NCBI GenBank assembly: GCA_018302915.1
Contig: JAGVZB010000020.1
Location: 1-35,923 of the forward strand
Length of the DNA: 35,923 bases
DNA from: Candidatus Woesearchaeota archaeon
Lineage (GTDB): Archaea; Nanobdellota; Nanobdellia; SCGC-AAA011-G17; GW2011-AR20
Direction of reading: 5' to 3'
The notes under the pieces were generated by a model. That model searched no databases. It was not told the DNA's origin and saw nothing but the letters and a program-made list of their open reading frames with translations. Every line of letters starts with the position of its first letter. Within the stretch, counting starts at the first letter, position 1. This document shows positions 31,414 to 35,923 of this stretch, one piece after another. Position numbers and translations under genes: made by a program.

Positions 31414-31875
31414 ATGAAAGACATAAACATCAAGGAAGAATACAACAAGCTAAAATACAAACTTCCAAAATTTGAAGATATCAACAATGAATTTGAACTG
31501 GATTTCATCAAGGAAAAACAATTTCTCCTAAGGCAGATAAGAAGAAGGATGAATGAAAAAGTGATATTCTTCTGCAGGATAATTGAAGGCCTGCTGTATC
31601 CAACGCAACAGCATATAATCAATGCAACTGAAATACAGAATTTCTCCGATGACAAAAAGAAAGAAATCCAGAAAATATACAAGGAACTAATGTATTATGA
31701 AAGGGAGTCATTATTGCTGGATGTTACACCTGATGACAAGAAAGATGTTGAATTCATAAACAACATATTCAACCTCTGGAGCAAGACAAAGAAACAAATG
31801 CAGGAAATAGCCAAGATAATGCAGGAATCATGGAGAAAAGAATATATATCTGAAAAAGATAACTATTTTGGATAA
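31414..31875 (+). CDS. hypothetical protein
   Basis: The track ORF starts at 31366, inside the tRNA-Thr gene. The first ATG outside the tRNA is 31414 (MKDINIKEEY...). 153 aa, charged and helical, no motif recognised. Confidence 0.5.
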   Translation: MKDINIKEEYNKLKYKLPKFEDINNEFELDFIKEKQFLLRQIRRRMNEKVIFFCRIIEGLLYPTQQHIINATEIQNFSDDKKKEIQKIYKELMYYERESLLLDVTPDDKKDVEFINNIFNLWSKTKKQMQEIAKIMQESWRKEYISEKDNYFG

Positions 31876-31878
31876 AAA

Positions 31879-32415
31879 ATGAGGCTGATCATACTTGGAC
31901 CACCTGGCTCGGGAAAAGGAACACAGGCAAAATTAATTTCTAAAAAATACCACCTGAGAAACATCTCCATCGGCAATGTCCTAAGAAAAGAGGTGAAGAA
32001 GAAAACAAGATTTGGTTTAAAGATAAAGCCTTACATTGAAAGAGGCGATCTTGCACCAGACTCGCTTGTTTACAAGGTTGTCAGGCCATACCTAAAGGGA
32101 GGCAGCTTTATCCTTGATGGTTTTCCAAGGCACATGAGCCAGGTAAAGCTGATCAAAGAAAAGATAAATGCAGCAATATACATTGACTGCAAGAAAGAAG
32201 AGATTGTCAAGAGACTGCTAAAAAGAAAAAAATTAGAGCACAGAAAGGATGACGATGAGATAACAATAGAATACAGATGGCTGGTTTACAAGAAAAAAAC
32301 ATTCCCTGTGATAGATTATTACAAGAAGAAAAATATCTTAATAACAATAAACGGAAACAACCCAATCAGAGAAGTTTTTAAGGATATCACAGAAAAACTG
32401 AATGAACTGTTCTAA
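31879..32415 (+). CDS. adk: adenylate kinase (short-LID type)
   Basis: P-loop ILGPPGSGKGTQA, NMP-binding ISIGNVLR, ILDGFPR. 178 aa. Confidence 0.88.
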   Translation: MRLIILGPPGSGKGTQAKLISKKYHLRNISIGNVLRKEVKKKTRFGLKIKPYIERGDLAPDSLVYKVVRPYLKGGSFILDGFPRHMSQVKLIKEKINAAIYIDCKKEEIVKRLLKRKKLEHRKDDDEITIEYRWLVYKKKTFPVIDYYKKKNILITINGNNPIREVFKDITEKLNELF

Positions 32416-33656
32416 AGAAAATCCTTTTCTGCTATTATCCTTTCATTAATTTCATTTCTAAGATTTATACTGAACAATTTCTTGATATCCTTCGGATGAT
32501 TGCTCAATAACCATGCCAGCTTTATGAATGCCGTCTCCAAAGTCAAATCAGTGTAATCACCAATCAGGTAATCCCTTATCTTCCTTCCAGTTGAATAAAC
32601 ATTCATGTTGACAGGGCCAAATACAGCCTGGGTCACCATCACTTTGGGCATCTTCATCTTCTTTAGCTCATTGAATATCCTTTCATTCTTTTCCTCAATC
32701 GGGATATGCCCCATTCCCGTCCCCTGAATAATCAAACCATTAAATTTTTTGAATGAAGACAGTTCAGAAGGATCCATGTTAGGATGCGTCGTCAAAATAC
32801 CTATCTTCAGATTCTCCCTGAACAATTTCAAGCTTAGCTTCCTGTTTTCCTTGTTGTAATTCCTGCTAAAGAATTTTATGCTATCTTTTGACACTAGCGC
32901 TATCGGCTGCGTGTTTATAGGCTTAAATGCATCCCTTCTTGTCGAATGCATCTTCTTTGTCTTCGTTGCGGGAAGGATCAAGCATGACTCATCATCCATC
33001 GAGGAATGCATGCAAATACCCACATCCTTAAAGTCTGATTCAAGAATAAACTTAACTGCAAGGAATAAATTCAGGAAAGAGTCCGATGACGGCCTGTCTG
33101 AAGATCTTTGCGAGCCAACAAGAAGAACCGGCGTTGACAAACCATCCAATGCAAAAGATAATGCCGACGAGGTATAAGCCAATGTATCCGTGCCATGCGT
33201 TATTATAATCCCTCTTGCATTCTTTGCCTTTTCTATCTCCCTTGCAAGCCTGTTATAATGCTCAAACCTAAAATTTTCAGAAAGAATATTAAAAATCAAT
33301 TTTGATTCAATATAAGCAAGATTTTTCAGCTCAGAATACTTCTCCAGAAGGTCTTCCGGAGTAAATGAAGATGAAACTGCACCAGTTTCATAATCAACCT
33401 TTGAAGCAAGAGTACCTCCAGTATGCAAGATAACTATCTTTGGAAGATTTTTATTCTGCTTTAATTTTATTTTTTCTCTTTTAATTGATTTCTGCTTCAA
33501 TTTTTTAATTGATTTTATGTTTTTATCGTCGAGAGAAATATTATACCCGGAATTCAATTTTATTATTTTTTTATTGCCTTTTGAATGCATTAATCTCCCG
33601 GAAATTGATTCTTTTTTTGTCTTTACCTGCACCAAACCACCCATTTTTTCAACCAT
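32412..33656 (-). CDS. gatD: Glu-tRNA(Gln) amidotransferase subunit D (asparaginase-like)
   Basis: N-terminal GatD-specific domain (KLNSGYNISL) and asparaginase motifs ILHTGGTLAS and ITHGTDTLAYTSSAL. 414 aa. Confidence 0.88.
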   Translation of the reverse strand: MVEKMGGLVQVKTKKESISGRLMHSKGNKKIIKLNSGYNISLDDKNIKSIKKLKQKSIKREKIKLKQNKNLPKIVILHTGGTLASKVDYETGAVSSSFTPEDLLEKYSELKNLAYIESKLIFNILSENFRFEHYNRLAREIEKAKNARGIIITHGTDTLAYTSSALSFALDGLSTPVLLVGSQRSSDRPSSDSFLNLFLAVKFILESDFKDVGICMHSSMDDESCLILPATKTKKMHSTRRDAFKPINTQPIALVSKDSIKFFSRNYNKENRKLSLKLFRENLKIGILTTHPNMDPSELSSFKKFNGLIIQGTGMGHIPIEEKNERIFNELKKMKMPKVMVTQAVFGPVNMNVYSTGRKIRDYLIGDYTDLTLETAFIKLAWLLSNHPKDIKKLFSINLRNEINERIIAEKDFL

Positions 33657-33774
33657 AATCTTATTTTATAAACAATATTAAATAATATTTATATACTGCA
33701 AAATATATATTGCTGTTAAAGAAGATTTAAATATAAGTTATGCATTTTAAGGATTATAAAAGTTTAGAAAACGA

Positions 33775-33805
33775 TTTTGACTTTGATGTGGCGTTAAAGT
33801 CAAAA
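33775..33805. promoter_or_regulatory. 10-bp inverted repeat TTTTGACTTT/AAAGTCAAAA enclosing a TGTGGCGTT motif, in the gatD-ftsZ divergent intergenic region
   Basis: Perfect 10-bp arms with the 11-nt loop GATGTGGCGTT. Related motifs are TGTGACGTGTT at 33808-33818 and TGTGGCGTT at 33854-33862. Confidence 0.35.
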
Positions 33806-33945
33806 ATTGTGACGTGTTTGGTTTGTAACTTTTAAGGTTAGTTGAACAAATTTTGTGGCGTTTAACTTGTTCTAAAAGTAGTATAAACACTACTTAAATA
33901 TAAATATATATATGGAGGAAAATATATATTAAAAGGAAAATATAT

Positions 33946-35040
33946 ATGGGGGTAAACAAAATGGACTTCTTGGTGAAAGGAGCATTGGAGGGCTTAAAAA
34001 GCTCAAATTTTGAAAATGTGGAAGTAGGTAAAGCAAATATAAAGGTTGTAGGTGCTGGTGGTGCAGGAAATAATATGGTTTCTTGGTTATATAAGAAAGG
34101 TATACAGGGTGCTGAGATATTAGCATGCAATACTGATAAACAACATCTTGATATTTCTGAGGCCGATCGCAAGTTCATAATCGGTGCTAATCTTACAAGA
34201 GGACTGGGTTGTGGTGGTTATCCAACTAAGGGTACTGAAGCAGCAAGAGAAAGTCTTCAAGAGATTAGAGAAAACCTAAAAGGATGCGATATGGTATTCA
34301 TATGTGCAGGAATGGGCGGAGGTACCGGAACAGGAAGTGCCCCTATAATTGCACAAGTTGCAAAAGAGATGGGTTCAATTGTAATTGGTACAGTAACAAT
34401 GCCATTGGACATTGAAAAGGCAAGAGTTGACAAGGCTGAGTTTGGTCTGGAGCAATTAAGAGACAAATGTGACACTGTAATTGTAATTGACAACAACAGG
34501 CTGGTTACCATTGCAGGAAACTTGCCATTAAGGCAGGCATTTGCAGTTGCTAACGAGCTAGTAAGCACGATGATCAAAGGCATTGTCGAAACTATTGCAG
34601 TTCCATCATTGGTTAATCTAGATTACGCAGATGTAAAAGCAATCATGAGTGAGGGTGGAGTTTCTGTAATTGGAATTGGTGAAAGTGACACTGCAAGTAG
34701 AGTCCAAGAAGCTGTAAAAAGAGCTTTGAGCAATCCATTATTGGATGTGAGCTATGATGGAGCAACAGGCGCTTTGATACACATAACTGGCGGAGAGGAC
34801 CTGACATTGGATGAAGTCAGCAAAGTAGGTGAAATAGTTACAGAAGCATTGGATCCTGATTCCCAGGTAATATGGGGAGCAAGAATTGATGAGGACATGA
34901 AAGGAAAACTAAGAGTTATGACAATAATAACTGGAGTTACATCTCCTTACGTGCTTGGAAAAGCTGATGCTCGACAGAGAGAAAAGGCTCATCAGAAATT
35001 CGGTAATGAGCTTGGAATTGAGATGGTTAGGGCTTACTAA
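33946..35040 (+). CDS. ftsZ: cell division GTPase FtsZ
   Basis: VVGAGGAGNNMV and the tubulin signature GMGGGTGTGSAPIIA, then NLDYADVKAIM. 364 aa. Confidence 0.95.
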   Translation: MGVNKMDFLVKGALEGLKSSNFENVEVGKANIKVVGAGGAGNNMVSWLYKKGIQGAEILACNTDKQHLDISEADRKFIIGANLTRGLGCGGYPTKGTEAARESLQEIRENLKGCDMVFICAGMGGGTGTGSAPIIAQVAKEMGSIVIGTVTMPLDIEKARVDKAEFGLEQLRDKCDTVIVIDNNRLVTIAGNLPLRQAFAVANELVSTMIKGIVETIAVPSLVNLDYADVKAIMSEGGVSVIGIGESDTASRVQEAVKRALSNPLLDVSYDGATGALIHITGGEDLTLDEVSKVGEIVTEALDPDSQVIWGARIDEDMKGKLRVMTIITGVTSPYVLGKADARQREKAHQKFGNELGIEMVRAY

Positions 35041-35075
35041 TCCTTCTTAACCCCCTGTGAAAAGGAGCCCTTCCA

Positions 35076-35099
35076 TTTTTTCTTTTTTTTTATTTTTTT
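35076..35099 (+). terminator. oligo-T tract, probable archaeal terminator downstream of ftsZ
   Basis: TTTTTTCTTTTTTTTTATTTTTTT begins 36 nt after the ftsZ stop. Oligo-T runs act as archaeal termination signals. Confidence 0.4.
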
Positions 35100-35613
35100 A
35101 AAAAGAATTAAACTTCAGAGAATAATTCAAAGAATTTCTTTTTGATGATTTTTTTTCATCTGAATAACCTAAGGTGATTATAGCATAAGCTTCAATGTCA
35201 TCAGGCAGCCTTAAAATTCTCTTTACTGCATTATCATCAAATGCTGAAATGAAGCATGATTTTATATTCAATGAAAAAGCCATAAGCATCATATTTTCTG
35301 CAGCTATTGAAGTATCCTGAATTGCATATAATTTGAATTTATCTGGATAATATGTCTTCAGCTTCTTCAGGTCAGAGCAGACAACAACAAACAACGGAGC
35401 CTGCATCATCCATCTCTGATCTAAAGATGCCTTAGTTATTTTTTCCTTGACATCTTCCTTATTGACAACCACAAATCTCCATGCCTGCAGGTTTCCTGCA
35501 TTGGGCGCATTTATGCCAGCCTCAAGAATTTTATTCAAATCTTTGTCTGATATCCTCTTGCTCTTATACCCCCTGCAGGAAAATCTTTCATTGATTGCTT
35601 TCTTTATGTTCAT
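35098..35613 (-). CDS. nitroreductase-family flavoprotein
   Basis: RFSCRGYKSKRISDKDLNKILEAGINAPNAGNLQAWRFVVV is the typical nitroreductase N-terminus. 171 aa. Confidence 0.8.
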   Translation of the reverse strand: MNIKKAINERFSCRGYKSKRISDKDLNKILEAGINAPNAGNLQAWRFVVVNKEDVKEKITKASLDQRWMMQAPLFVVVCSDLKKLKTYYPDKFKLYAIQDTSIAAENMMLMAFSLNIKSCFISAFDDNAVKRILRLPDDIEAYAIITLGYSDEKKSSKRNSLNYSLKFNSF

Positions 35614-35918
35614 TTTTCATTATTTTTTAAAATACTTTCAATTTTCTTTTTCAAAACTGGCAAATCCTCTTTTATTACTTTCCAAACTGTATTCAAATTA
35701 ACTCCAAAATAATGATGCATTAACTTATCTCTCATCCCAGCAATCTTTACCCAGGGAATTTCAGAATGTTCTTTCCTAAATGAATTTGGCAAACTTTTAA
35801 CAGATTCTCCAATAATTTCAATTGCTCTTATAATAGCATATTGTTTTTCTTTATTTTCTAAAAAAGATTTCTCAGTAATCCCTTTAATGAAAGATTCTAT
35901 TTCATTTATATTTTCCAA
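35610..35918 (-). CDS. HepT/DUF86 HEPN-domain toxin (intact)
   Basis: AIEIIGESVKSLP...IPWVKIAGMRDKLMHHYFGVNLNTVW contains the Rx4HxY motif. 102 aa. The stop TGA overlaps the nitroreductase ATG (ATGA). The gene lies at the window edge, so any upstream partner is out of view. Confidence 0.8.
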   Translation of the reverse strand: MENINEIESFIKGITEKSFLENKEKQYAIIRAIEIIGESVKSLPNSFRKEHSEIPWVKIAGMRDKLMHHYFGVNLNTVWKVIKEDLPVLKKKIESILKNNEK

Positions 35919-35923
35919 TATAT

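Noticed and set aside
1-35923. Search for CRISPR arrays, rRNA genes, IS-type transposases and long tandem repeats.
   Set aside because: None was seen. The only repeats found are the short ones listed under features, and no transposase-like ORF is present.

Overview
This is an AT-rich archaeal contig, apparently from a metagenome, because bases 1-39 are an Illumina TruSeq adapter. The gene content looks like a reduced, DPANN-type archaeon (inference). It has archaeal pheS/pheT, class-I GluRS plus unlinked gatD and gatE (the indirect Gln-tRNA route), FtsZ, MinD-like ATPase, Sec61-beta + NAC, an XerA-like recombinase, UppP, an IscS/IscU Fe-S cluster, adenylate kinase and endonuclease IV. About 45 coding regions are supported, with tight or overlapping gene junctions and frequent GGAGG ribosome-binding sites. 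There are five tRNA genes and no rRNA or CRISPR array.

Two themes stand out.

1. **tRNA introns.** Three of the five tRNA genes are interrupted by four short bulge-helix-bulge introns. Three of these sit inside the 5' strand of the anticodon stem (29/30 or 30/31). tRNA-Leu carries two introns, and two introns are 12-nt mini-introns.
2. **Nucleotidyltransferase/HEPN toxin-antitoxin modules.** Four are present. Three sit directly after the stop codon of a housekeeping gene on the same strand (pheS, gltX, iscU), and the fourth runs off the window edge:
   - The module between pheS and pheT is intact.
   - The module after gltX carries a frameshift and a premature stop, and is bracketed by a duplicated copy of the gltX 3' end.
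   - The module after iscU is a stump.
   - A HepT gene at the window edge is intact.

Other gene-decay or reduction signals are a dph2 gene truncated to 91 aa, a cold-shock gene with an internal out-of-frame deletion, a GatE lacking the GAD insertion, and a TrxR-like flavoprotein lacking CxxC. There are also two free-standing LAGLIDADG-type genes, one beside an intron-containing tRNA and a tRNA 5' fragment. A 270-aa protein has diadenylate-cyclase-like motifs. All functional calls come from motif recognition by eye, and no database search was run.
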